Origin: Malassezia furfur
Lineage: Eukaryota
DNA length: 64,000 nucleotides
Direction: 5' to 3' (one strand)
Assembly (NCBI GenBank): GCA_052055015.1
Contig: JBQJIT010000016.1
A program made the position numbers and the translations under genes. The stretch's first letter is position 1. Each line of letters begins with the position of its first letter. Below the pieces are notes generated by a model. That model did no database searches. It was not told the DNA's origin and was given only the letters and a program-made list of their open reading frames with translations. Below are positions 22,247-32,414 of the stretch, in pieces.

Positions 22247-25126
22247 TTACGCTGCGGCCTTTTGTGCCAAGGTAATTTTGTCGCCAAGGCTGAGCGCAAT
22301 CCCTTGGGTCTTGGACCGGATGCGCACATGGCCCTGGATCGTCCCGTCGTCGAGGCGCTCGATGCTGACGTTGGCCAGCGCATCCTCGCCAAACAGGCTG
22401 CCCGCCGACAGGTTCGCGCTGAGGAAGCCGCACTCGCCCGCGAGGCTCGCCTCGGGCGTAAGGCATGCCATGTTGGTGGACTTCATGATGTGTTCGAGGT
22501 ACTCGCGCACGTCGGAGATGTTCGTCTTGACGTTCACCTTGTTCTCCCACTCGAAGCCCGTCCACATGCTGCGGAACTCGGTCTCGGTGACGTACGACGG
22601 CGAGATGTAGTCCATGATGTCGACGTGGATGTCGTTCAGCACAACGTAGCGCGCCTCGCCGGAGCCGTTGGTGCCGGCACCCGCGGCGCCCTCGTAGACA
22701 ATGTTGCCAAAGATGACACCCGTCTCGGTCGAGGAGACCTTGATGGTCGCCTTGATGCTCTGGTAGCTGAACGGCGCCAGCGTGTACGTCGAGGGGCGCT
22801 CCACGACCTTGAGGTCGCCCAACGTCGCGAGCTCAATGCTCAGGTTCTGCAGCGTCTCGTCGGTCTGGTTCACAACGAGCACGTCGAGCAGGATGTCGAA
22901 CTGGTGCACCTCGACGTACGCCTCGGCATACACCGGGTCCGAGAAGCCCGTGAGCTGCACGACACGCTGCAGCTTGCTGATGAAGTCGTCCTTGGCCGTC
23001 TTGACCATGCCCGTCGCGCGGCTCAGCTCCGCCTCGTAGTCGATGTCGTCGTCGGCGCCGCCGGCCGCGCCGAGCTGCCGGAAGCGCAGCTGCTCGTGCG
23101 GCTGCGTGGTGATCCGCTTCTGCTCGCTCTCGCCCTCGGCCGCAGCCTTGGTGCGCTCGTGCTGCAGCAACTGCGCATAGGCATCGCGCGTGTCGCGCAA
23201 GAAGACATCGGCGGCCTCGATCGCCTCGTCGTGCGACAGTGTCGACTGGCCGAGGATCTTGAGGCAGGTCATCACGCGCTCCTCCGAGTCCTCGTCGATC
23301 TGCGTCGCGACATACTTGGAGTGGCCCACGCGGATGATCGAGGTCATGATCAGCATCGCCTCCGCCCGCAGCGCATTCTTCGCCGCCTCGTCGGACGAGA
23401 GCTGTGCAAAGCGCAGCACAAGCTTGACCAGCGTCGCGGCAAGCACCGACGCCGTGTAAAAGTCGCCAAACAGGATCAGGCTGCGCAGCGGCGGCTTGGT
23501 CAGGTTCCGCGCGGGCGCCTTGTCGGCATCGGCCGTGAGCGCCGTCTCGGTGGCATAGGTGCCGTCCGCACGGACGCGCGTCGCCGTACTTGGCTTGGGT
23601 GCCGCCGGGGCATCCTCGGGGACGCTCGCCGCCGGCTCGTTCTCGGCATGCAGCCGCTCCTCGGCCGCGAGCATGGGGATTTCGCCGATCACCTTGCGGA
23701 TCTGCTGCATGGCGTCGCTCACGCTCGCGGGCGTCATGCAGTAGTCGCCGACGATCCAGAGCGCGCCACGGTACACCTTGCCGCTGCGGAACTCGGGGAA
23801 GGTGCGGATGAGCTTCGAGAGGAGGTCGTCGCGCAGGTTCGGGAAGCGCTCGACGACCTCGCGCACAAACGCAATCACCTCGACGGCGCTGGGGTTGTTG
23901 GCGTCGCCCAGGAAGTTCATCAGCTCGTGCATCACGTCGCCTGCCACCTCGGAGAAACGCACCGCACACGCGTGCAGCGTCTGGATCACCAGCCGGCGGT
24001 ACTCGGCGTTGTTGTCCTGCGACGGCAGCCCCGTCTTGGCAAGCTCCTTCTTCAGCAGGAGGATCACCTCCTCGACGGAGCGCACCGACAGCATCTCGAG
24101 CACCATGCCCAGCACCTTCTTGCGCACGTCCATGTCGGGGCTCGACAGCACGCGCAGCAGGTCGGTCACGAGCGGGTCAAGCACATGCTCGTGGCGCATG
24201 CGCAGCGCGTCCAGACGGTCGAGCACAATCAGCTTGACGTTGTTGTCGCTCTCCTGCACGGTCAGGTCGATCAGCGCGCTTGCCACGGCCTTGACCGACG
24301 GCACGTTCTGCGCCAGGCCAGCGAGCGTAATCGCCGCCTCGTACTTGACCGCATGGCTCGGCGACGCCAGCAGCTCCGAGATGATCTCGACATACTCGGC
24401 GCGGTCGGGGTTGTCGTGCTTCGCGACCTTGCGCACCAGCTCGATCACCGCGAGCTGCATCAGCTCGTCCATCGCGCCCACCTGCGCCGAGACACCGGAC
24501 AGGTAGGCCACCGCACGCTCCGGCGCCGTCTGGACGAGCATCATGAACGCATTGCGCTTGCACGTCGCGTCGTTCTCCGACGCAAGGAACTCTTCGATCA
24601 GCTCAGGCGCGTCGCTGATCAGCTGCTCGTGCCGCTGGTAGATGGTGAGGATGGCCAGCACCGCATTCTTGCGCACGTAGCTGTGCCGGTGCTCGAGGCT
24701 CTGCCGGATCGTGGGGATGAGCGGCTCGAGAAGCTCGGCCTCCCGGATCTTTTGCAGGAAACGCAGCGTCGAGCCGCGGATGTACTCGTTGGGGTGCTGC
24801 AGGTCGTTGCGGATCGCATTGCACACCAGGATCATCTCCTGCTTCAGTTTGCCCTCGGCATCGAGCTTCGGGCACACCTCCCAGTAAAAGTGCAGCATCT
24901 TTTTGAGCTGCTTGCTCTTACTCGGAAGCACATATTGTATGATGGGCATCAGCAGCGACGCGTGCGGCTCGCCGTTCAGCGTCGACACAATGATCGCACG
25001 CAACGTCTCGAGCTTCACCGCGTCATTGTTGCTCTGAAGGTTCTTCCGCAGCTCCTGTGCGGAAAGATCCAGGCGGTACCCCGCATCCGAGGCAACCAGC
25101 GTGTACGCCGAGGGGTCCGACGGCAT
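22247..25126 (-). CDS. SEC26: Coatomer beta subunit (beta-COP)
   Basis: LKQEMILVCNAIRNDLQHPNEYIRG, QLTGFSDPVYAEAYV, RIRSKTQGIALSLGDKI. Confidence 0.97.
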   Translation of the reverse strand: MPSDPSAYTLVASDAGYRLDLSAQELRKNLQSNNDAVKLETLRAIIVSTLNGEPHASLLMPIIQYVLPSKSKQLKKMLHFYWEVCPKLDAEGKLKQEMILVCNAIRNDLQHPNEYIRGSTLRFLQKIREAELLEPLIPTIRQSLEHRHSYVRKNAVLAILTIYQRHEQLISDAPELIEEFLASENDATCKRNAFMMLVQTAPERAVAYLSGVSAQVGAMDELMQLAVIELVRKVAKHDNPDRAEYVEIISELLASPSHAVKYEAAITLAGLAQNVPSVKAVASALIDLTVQESDNNVKLIVLDRLDALRMRHEHVLDPLVTDLLRVLSSPDMDVRKKVLGMVLEMLSVRSVEEVILLLKKELAKTGLPSQDNNAEYRRLVIQTLHACAVRFSEVAGDVMHELMNFLGDANNPSAVEVIAFVREVVERFPNLRDDLLSKLIRTFPEFRSGKVYRGALWIVGDYCMTPASVSDAMQQIRKVIGEIPMLAAEERLHAENEPAASVPEDAPAAPKPSTATRVRADGTYATETALTADADKAPARNLTKPPLRSLILFGDFYTASVLAATLVKLVLRFAQLSSDEAAKNALRAEAMLIMTSIIRVGHSKYVATQIDEDSEERVMTCLKILGQSTLSHDEAIEAADVFLRDTRDAYAQLLQHERTKAAAEGESEQKRITTQPHEQLRFRQLGAAGGADDDIDYEAELSRATGMVKTAKDDFISKLQRVVQLTGFSDPVYAEAYVEVHQFDILLDVLVVNQTDETLQNLSIELATLGDLKVVERPSTYTLAPFSYQSIKATIKVSSTETGVIFGNIVYEGAAGAGTNGSGEARYVVLNDIHVDIMDYISPSYVTETEFRSMWTGFEWENKVNVKTNISDVREYLEHIMKSTNMACLTPEASLAGECGFLSANLSAGSLFGEDALANVSIERLDDGTIQGHVRIRSKTQGIALSLGDKITLAQKAAA

Positions 25127-25301
25127 GGCAGTCAGCACAGCTCAAGCAGCCCCGTCGCGTCGGTCACGAGCCAAGAACGACCGCGGGCGCTGCCGCGTTG
25201 TCACACAACGTGTTGCCCGGCCTATTGGGTCGCCCCAAGGCCACGTGGCCGCGAATGCCTCCCTGTGCAACCAAGTGGAGGCCTACACCGGCGCGGAGGA
25301 C

Positions 25302-26564
25302 ATGCGAAGCTGGCTGCGTCCGGCGTGTCGCGCGGCGTGCCGCAACGTGTACGCCGCGGCACCACGGCGCTTTGCATCGACACAGATCGCCCGCGAGCTC
25401 GAGCTCGCACCGTTCATGCTGCGCGAGCGCGACGCGCTCCTGCGCAATCCAAACCCGTCCGGCGCGGACTCACAGCAGATCAAGGACCTCGATCCGGTCG
25501 CCAAGGCTTGGGAGGCTTGGGAGGAGAAAAAACGCAATTTGGACTCTACCAAGCACCTATGCGAAACCGAGCAGGACCAGGACATGCGTGAGCTTGCCGA
25601 GGCAGAGTTGCATACCCTCCACGAAGATTTGTCCGCCCTGCAGAACGAGCTTCGTCAAAAAATTCTCGCAACCACGACGAGCAATGCCGAGAGCCACGGC
25701 GCCATCATTGAACTTAAGCAGGGCGTGGGCGGCCAAGAATCATGCCTGTTCCTGAGCGAAATGCTCCGTATGTACACCAAGTACTGCGAAAGCCGGGCAC
25801 AGGAAGCCGAAGACGCGCAAGATCCCAACGCGCTCGGCGCCGGGTGGAAGACGGAACTGCTCTCTTCTACACCCGTAGACGTCTCGGCATCCACCGGCGG
25901 TGCGGATGCCATGCGTGAGGCCATTCTCCAGGTCGAAGGTCCGGGCGCCTTCCACGCCCTGCGCTTCGAGGGCGGCGTCCACCGCGTGCAGCGCGTGCCC
26001 ACTACCCAAAACCTCGGGAAACTCCAGACAAGCACAATTGCTATCCTCGTGCTACCCATGCAGGGCAATAACACGGACCAGGCCGATGACATTGTCGATC
26101 CTAAGGATGTCAAAATCGAGACTATGCGTGCGCGCGGTGCCGGCGGCCAGCACGTCAACCGCACTGAGTCGGCCGTGCGCCTTACGCACCTGCCCACCAA
26201 AATCACTGTGTCGATGCAAGATTCACGGAGTCAGCATGCGAACCGCACCAAGGCATGGGGGGTGCTGCGTGCGCGGCTGATGGATTTGAAACTCCGCGAA
26301 GACGCGGCACAAAACCGCGCAATGCGCCGGTCTCAAGTCGCCAGTGCCGACCGAAGCGAGCGCGTGCGCACCTACAACTTCCCGCAGGATCGTGTCACGG
26401 ACCACCGCGTGAACATCTCGCTGTCCGGCATCTCGAGCATCATGGACGGCGATGACGACGGCGGCGCTGGTCTCACGTATTTGATCCGCGAGCTCATCGA
26501 GGCGGACGAAGAGCAGCGGTTACTCGGCATGCTCGAGACATACAAAGAAAAAGAGGGGTCGTAG
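25302..26564 (+). CDS. MRF1: Mitochondrial class I peptide chain release factor
   Basis: Arg-rich presequence, EGGVHRVQRVPTT (PxT), GAGGQHVN (GGQ), RSERVRTYNFPQDRVTDHR. Confidence 0.92.
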   Translation: MRSWLRPACRAACRNVYAAAPRRFASTQIARELELAPFMLRERDALLRNPNPSGADSQQIKDLDPVAKAWEAWEEKKRNLDSTKHLCETEQDQDMRELAEAELHTLHEDLSALQNELRQKILATTTSNAESHGAIIELKQGVGGQESCLFLSEMLRMYTKYCESRAQEAEDAQDPNALGAGWKTELLSSTPVDVSASTGGADAMREAILQVEGPGAFHALRFEGGVHRVQRVPTTQNLGKLQTSTIAILVLPMQGNNTDQADDIVDPKDVKIETMRARGAGGQHVNRTESAVRLTHLPTKITVSMQDSRSQHANRTKAWGVLRARLMDLKLREDAAQNRAMRRSQVASADRSERVRTYNFPQDRVTDHRVNISLSGISSIMDGDDDGGAGLTYLIRELIEADEEQRLLGMLETYKEKEGS

Positions 26565-26575
26565 ACGCAATAGTC

Positions 26576-26765
26576 TCACTTGAGCGAGCGCGCAATGCGC
26601 GTTTTGTTGGCAAGTAACACAATCACGCCGCAGGACACCACGAAGCCCAGTAGGCGGAGCCATGCCGCAAACCATAGCTCACGATCCTGTGCCTCGGTTC
26701 GTGCCGACCTGTGTGAGTGGGAGGCACACTTACCGAAAGATGCTGCGAAGGTTGGGCAGGGCCAT
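26576..26765 (-). CDS. 54-aa single-TM microprotein resembling ERMES regulator Emr1/Mco6, 2 exons
   Basis: MALPNLRSIFR/SARTEAQDRELWFAAWLRLLGFVVSCGVIVLLANKTRIARSLK. Intron 26709-26733 (25 nt, GTAAGT...CTCACACAG). Family assignment is from recalled similarity. Confidence 0.75.
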
Positions 26766-26862
26766 CGTGGGAAGCAGATCTCCGCGTTGACTGCATGCCC
26801 CGCTTGGGTAATTTGGGCGAATTCGCCAACTCCTCCACACGACACCGACTCCCAACGTCTCC

Positions 26863-27851
26863 ATGGCGAGTCGCAACCGGGCGTCATTGACTGGCTCGTC
26901 AGAGGAGCTGCACGTCTGGCAGACCGTGCGCAGCCAGGTCAAGAGCCTGGAAAACGCACGCAATGCATCCTTATCAGGCTACGAGCGCCTTGTGCGCGCA
27001 CAGAGCGAAAGTCCCACCAAGAACCTCGAAGGGATCTACAATGTTGTGGAGAACTGCATCCTAGACGAACAACGGTATGCCTCGCACTAATTCAGCGCCA
27101 TAAGTGGTGCATTGGAACAGATTGACGTGCTAATTGCTCTACGCCAGGCGTCGATGGACGGCTCGGCGGATGTCCGGCGCCGGAAACGCAAGGCCGACGA
27201 ATCCGTCGACGATTTTGCGGACGGCGTTGCAGATACGAAAGGAAAGCTCACTGCCGATGCACGCCGCACACGTACAGCCTCTTCCTCGTTTACGAAACGC
27301 GGGAGCGAGGCCGATACACGTCTCGCGCAAATCTCTGCACAGCTTCCCCTGCAGCGCGGCCGCAAAGTCGCTTTTTGCCAGCCACAAAAGAACGATGGAT
27401 TTGCTGGGGACGACGGCGAGGTGTGGATTATGGCCACGGTGATCTCCTGCATCAATAACGATACCCACCGCTACATTGTCCAGGACGCCGAGGACGAAGG
27501 TAACAATGGACCGTACGTGACCACCTCTTACGCAGCACCTACAACACCAACATCAAATCCATTTCTCCTCTACCTGAATCGCTCGAGACGCTTCCGGCGG
27601 AAGACTACCGGCCAGGTACCCGTGTCCTGGCACTATACCCCGACACGAGCTGTTTCTACAATGCCACGATCCAGGGCGGCGGACCCAACATTTCGTCGGC
27701 TACGTCCCGGTCCAAGGTACGCAACGTGTCCCACTAACCACTCCAGAAGCGCGAAGCCGAGCTCCTACACACGCCGTACCAGCTTATGTTTGATGACGAC
27801 GGCTCCGACATCAAGCAAGTGCCAGCCTACCTGGTGGTCGAGCACCCATAG
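26863..27851 (+). CDS. SGF29: SAGA subunit Sgf29 (tandem Tudor), 4 exons
   Basis: GRKVAF, WIMATV, YIVQDAE, VLALYPDTSCFYNATI, YQLMFDDD. Introns 27075-27095 (21), 27513-27535 (23), 27717-27746 (30). Confidence 0.88.
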
Positions 27852-28031
27852 ATGACTAAACATTACCGACTCCGGCGTGGGACGTGGCAGGGATTCCCTT
27901 GATTGCGACGTGCATGACGACCCCGGACTCATCACACTTGTCTCCTTGCTCATCCCTACACGAGACACATTGGTAGAGTCCAATTGAAGCGGAGTTGTAC
28001 GACACGCAACACATCAAGAAACCAGCAACGT

Positions 28032-29213
28032 ATGACCGAAACCGAGTATGGAGCCGCCAGTGCTCCGCCCATCCTTACCAACAATGCGGCGCTAACGTGG
28101 CAGCAGCAGCTGCTCAACGAGTCGCAGGCGCAGAAGAAGAAGAACAACAAGCGCCCCCAGGAGAAGCGCGCGCCTAAGCCTAAGGCAGACAATGCCAAGT
28201 CCAAGCCGAAGGAAGCCGACTCGGCAGCGTCGGCCTCGGCGCTGACCTGGCAACAGGAACTGTTCCGCCAGTCGCAGCGGCCGGCCGCCTTTGACTACGC
28301 GGCCGACTCGCGCGACGTAGAGACGTTTGGCGAGGGCAAAGGACGCGCTGTCGCCGCGGCATCGACACCGGACCGCCGGAAAAACAAGGCCAAGCCACGC
28401 ATCGAGTCCAAGTCGCCGAGCACGCCGAACAAGAAGGCGGCAGCGGCCATGGCCTATGCAGGCCCCACGTTTCACAACTCGCCTGCGGCTACGAGCTTAC
28501 CTGCGCCCAAGTTCGGAGGGAAGTCCAAGATCACCTACACCGACGAAGCCCCTGCCTCGACGGACGCCGCTGCTGCGGTTCCTGCCGGCACGTCAGCAGC
28601 ACGGGACGCCACGGGGGAGGATGCAGCGAGCGTGGGCGCAGACACCTCATCCATGTCGCTGCCCCCGAGCGTGACTGCACCTGAGCCGATCGCGGCCCCT
28701 GCGACGGTGCTGTCGCCGCCGAGTAGCAATGCGCGCGCCTCTGTGCCGCCCCAAGATGCGAGTCAGAGTCAGGCACCTTTGGCCAGGCCGCCGCAGGGGG
28801 CCTGGGCTACGCTCGCGCCGCCGCACCAGCCCATGCCGGTGCAGCCCATGCCGGGTGCGTATGCGTACCAGCCCCACCCGGGTGCGCAGTACCCGCCATC
28901 GGGCCCTCCGCCCGGCACCTATATGCCCTACCCACCGTCGATGGGACCGCCGCCCGCGCATCTCTACCCCCCCGTCACGAGCCCTGGCCCGTACTCGCCG
29001 ATGCCGGCACCTCATGGATCGGCGGCGCCGCCTCCTGCTGCGTCGCCTGCCGTGCCGCACCCGAGTGCGGGGCCGTCGACCCCTGCGCCCTCTGCGGCGC
29101 CGTCCAACCCGGCCGGTGCCGCTGCTTCTCCTGCGCCCTCCAACGCGAAATTCCAGTCTGTGGACAATTTGTTGGCCAGCATGTTGAATTCGTCCAGCCT
29201 GTTCCGTCGCTAA
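28032..29213 (+). CDS. Disordered PNRC/Edc1-type mRNA decapping activator
   Basis: YAGPTFHNSPAATSLPAPKF matches the YAGxxF...LPxP motif. Pro/Ala-rich low-complexity remainder. Confidence 0.72.
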   Translation: MTETEYGAASAPPILTNNAALTWQQQLLNESQAQKKKNNKRPQEKRAPKPKADNAKSKPKEADSAASASALTWQQELFRQSQRPAAFDYAADSRDVETFGEGKGRAVAAASTPDRRKNKAKPRIESKSPSTPNKKAAAAMAYAGPTFHNSPAATSLPAPKFGGKSKITYTDEAPASTDAAAAVPAGTSAARDATGEDAASVGADTSSMSLPPSVTAPEPIAAPATVLSPPSSNARASVPPQDASQSQAPLARPPQGAWATLAPPHQPMPVQPMPGAYAYQPHPGAQYPPSGPPPGTYMPYPPSMGPPPAHLYPPVTSPGPYSPMPAPHGSAAPPPAASPAVPHPSAGPSTPAPSAAPSNPAGAAASPAPSNAKFQSVDNLLASMLNSSSLFRR

Positions 29214-29269
29214 CCTCGCTTGTTGTTTACGAGGCACTGGCCTTTGCCATCCGCGCTGGCCGTTCGCGC

Positions 29270-31982
29270 ATGCTGGTCTGTACCATAGCAGATTTTTCCC
29301 TGTCCGTAGCGAATTCGCTCCTCCACATCCACCGTGGGCACCTGCACCTCGCCTGGTGCCGGCGCGCGTCACCACGAGCTCGCTACAGTACCTCGAGGAG
29401 CCGGGGTCCGTTGCACTCGTCCCGGCGCCGGCCGCGTCCAGCCCGCGCTTGCGGGCGGACGCCCGTGGCGCGCCCGTGGCCTGGCAGGTGCACGCACGCG
29501 CAGCCAAAACAGGTAGGTGCTGTCCTGACGCAGACCCTGTGCTCGTTGCCGGCCCTGCACCCATCCAGGCGGTGCCCGCGTCGGGACCGCACGCGATACC
29601 AGGGATTCATGACCTCCCCATTCACATACGCGCGATGCAAGGGGTACGTGGTGTGCTGATGCAGTCGTCTTTTCTACGGAGGTACCACCCAGGCATCCAT
29701 GTCCCTTCGCGGCTGCTTGCCAGCATGATTCTCGACGATGAGCAGACACTCATCCGGAACGAGGACGATGGTGCAGACCTTGTCAAGTGCACGATGACGA
29801 CGCTGGCGTCCGAGCACACCTCGGCGATGCTGTTGGTGTGTGTCGGAGGGACGAACCGCGACGAGTTGTGTACGTGAGGCGCTCATGCAGTTGTGTCCGA
29901 GCTTCGGACGGACGGGTGCATATATGCATCCGGCCATGCCGCTTGGAAGGCACATGCGCCCATCGTGCAGGTACAGAGCACCGCACACCGCACGCTGCTC
30001 GTGCGCACGCGCGTAGCGACGGTGGTGGGCGACGTGCGCCGGACGGAAAGGGAGCGCGACGCCGGACCGTCATTCCGCTTTCGTCCCACACAAAAATTCG
30101 CGCATACCGCGGCGACATGTGCCGACGCATGCCTTGCGTCGGAGGCATGCGCCTACACGATCAATACCCGAGGCATCGTCCAGGTCTGGGACGTTGCGTC
30201 CAACAAGCGGTAGGTGCTCCACTGACCCAGGCGGCGGATGACCGACGTAGGCCATGGCGAACACGATGCATTCTGGGCTTTGGGCGCCGCAGGACACACG
30301 CTCGACGTGGCCTCGTGTTATACCCTTTCTTCGCTCGACATGCGCGTACGTCTCCTGGCTCACACAGGCGCCGCAGCCGACAACGATGGTACAGACCGCC
30401 CACTCCAACCACCTGCTTCGGCGCACCAAAATCACCTCCTTCCGACCATCGCTCGGCGCAGACGACAGTCCGTTCTTGGCGCTCTGCACCACCGAAGAGG
30501 TACAGTTTTACGACCGGCGTTATACCCACGTCCCCTTGTACTCTTGGGCCCACCGGCGGGGCTACGATCGGACATTGTCGCTCACGGACGTGCCCATCGC
30601 AGCACCACACAGCGTGCTGCTCTCGTCGCAACACAACCGGCTCCTTGTGACCTACGGCATGCACACCGAGCCACGGCGCGGCGTCGATACACTCCAGCTC
30701 TATGCACCACGCAGCGTCCCATCGGCAGTACCACCGCAGACGTGCGCTCCATCGCCCACTCCGCCGTACCTCACGAATCTCGATGCACTAGGGTGGGGGG
30801 ACGACGTGGTGTGCATTCTAGAGCAAACGATGCGTGGCGCACTGTGGATGCGGCTCCTGCGCACGTCTCCGAGCGAGACGTGGCCGTCTCTGCATACGGA
30901 TTGGTCACAGCGTGCGCAACAGCGCGAACGTGACGCGTCCGACACGGAGGACGCGGGGCCGTTTGGCGATGCGGAAATGACCCCCGTGGACTACCGACAG
31001 CTCTACCAAGGTGCGTGTGGATTCTCTGATGCAGCGAGTGTACTAGGCTACCTCGGTACGGACGACCCAGAGGCATGGGAGGCCTCGACGCCAACTCGAC
31101 TCGAGGCACTGACTCACGAACCGCGGGGCGCTCAGCCCGAGACGCTGTACGTCGGCCCACTCACGCAGCTTGGACTTGCTCGCGAAGCAAGGACCACACC
31201 ATGCAGGCGCCTCGGAGATGCATACCGACCAGACGCTGTGTGCGCACAAAACGGATCCTGCACAGCTCGCGCGCCTCTTGCACCAAGCACAGGACGGACA
31301 CGCACGCAACCAACTTGCAGTCGGCCTGCCGTGGCTCGGCGCGGTGCCTACGGACGCTGCGTCGCTGTGGCCGTGGCTCGCGGACCAACTCAGCGATGCG
31401 GATGCGCCCGTCGTACGCAACGCCGCGTCGCAGATGGCGCTCGATGTCCTCCTTGCCTCGTACTGCTACCCAGGCTCTGATCCGGTGCCAGCCGAGGCAC
31501 ACAACACCAACTGGCGCTGGGACCACCGCGGCGCTCCCGTGTGTCCACCTGCTCCGGAGCTGTCGCTCATCCCAAAGAATGTGGCCCATACCAGTCCTCT
31601 CTCCGACACGGCGCGCCTGCTCCTGTCCGAATGGCCTGATGGAGAGGACGCGGCTGCGTTTACGTACCACAACCCCTACCGCGGCCTCGACTTTGGCCGC
31701 CGCGTTGAGGACGAGGTGCCGCCGTCGGCGAGTCAGCCGGTGCGTCCGACGGTCGTCGCGGCGCAGAAACCACGCGTGGTCTCGCGACGACCGCGGCTGG
31801 GTGCGGAGCGTGCGAGTTCGCCAATTACGATGCGCTTCTCACAGGAAGCGCCGGCGCCAAGCTCGTCGCAGGACGCCGAGGAGCCGCCACGTATTCCCCA
31901 GACGCAGATCGAGCCTGGCCGGTTCGGGCAGCGTGCCGCGCCCAAACCGCCTAAGCGCAAGAAACGCATGGGGGGTTTCTGA
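29270..31982 (+). CDS. RRN6: RNA polymerase I core factor subunit Rrn6/TAF1C-like, at least 8 exons, start uncertain
   Basis: FYDRRYTHVPLYSWAH, LLSEWPDGED, C-terminal TQIEPGRFG...KRKKRMGGF. Introns 29513-29533, 29644-29664, 29870-29890, 30210-30230 (21 each), 30346-30367 (22), 31011-31034 (24), 31147-31168 (22). Confidence 0.72.
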
Positions 31983-31991
31983 GTAGAGCAC

Positions 31992-32321
31992 TTAGTTCTT
32001 CGACGCGAGGTTCTTGTTGATGCTTTCGATGTAAGACCGCAGCATCTCGTTGTTGGTCTCCGACTTAGCGGCATCGGCCTGTGCCTGGTTCACGCGCTGC
32101 TGCAAAGCTGGGGTCAGGGTACGCATCACGTACTGTGCAAGTCGCTCTGGAGGGCGGTAATTTCACTGTGTGAGTCCAGTGGCACGAACCTGAGCAGCCG
32201 TTCCTTTTCGGCGACATCGCTCATGGATGGCTCAGAGCTGGCCGTCTAGGTGAGTGTGCGCACGTACCCAAGCCACCTGCTCGTTGTACGTCCGTGCTGC
32301 CGTGTCGTTCTCCAGCGCCAT
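31992..32321 (-). CDS. Short coiled-coil protein SCOC/Slo1-like (about 85 aa), 4 exons, absent from ORF track
   Basis: Spliced ...AEKERLLSEITALQSDLHTLQQRVNQAQADAAKSETNNEMLRSYIESINKNL. Introns 32246-32267 (22), 32166-32189 (24), 32108-32133 (26). Confidence 0.8.
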
Positions 32322-32414
32322 GGTGGAGTAGTCGAGCGCTGCACGCGCTTAGTCAGGTGTCAAGGAAAAGTTGGTTGTCAGCGCGTCTTTCGCACACGCA
32401 CCTCTGCACTGACC

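Noticed and set aside
22262..25591. Very long antisense or alternate-frame ORFs (also 35438-39025, 47023-48600, 33992-35428, 1471-3201)
   Set aside because: They shadow conserved genes with high GC3 bias, which depletes stops in other frames, and the peptides have no recognisable motifs.
29206..29233. Possible 28-nt intron fusing the Edc1-like ORF in frame to RRN6
   Set aside because: Donor GTCGCT and acceptor GAG both deviate from the local consensus, so there is no support without RNA data.
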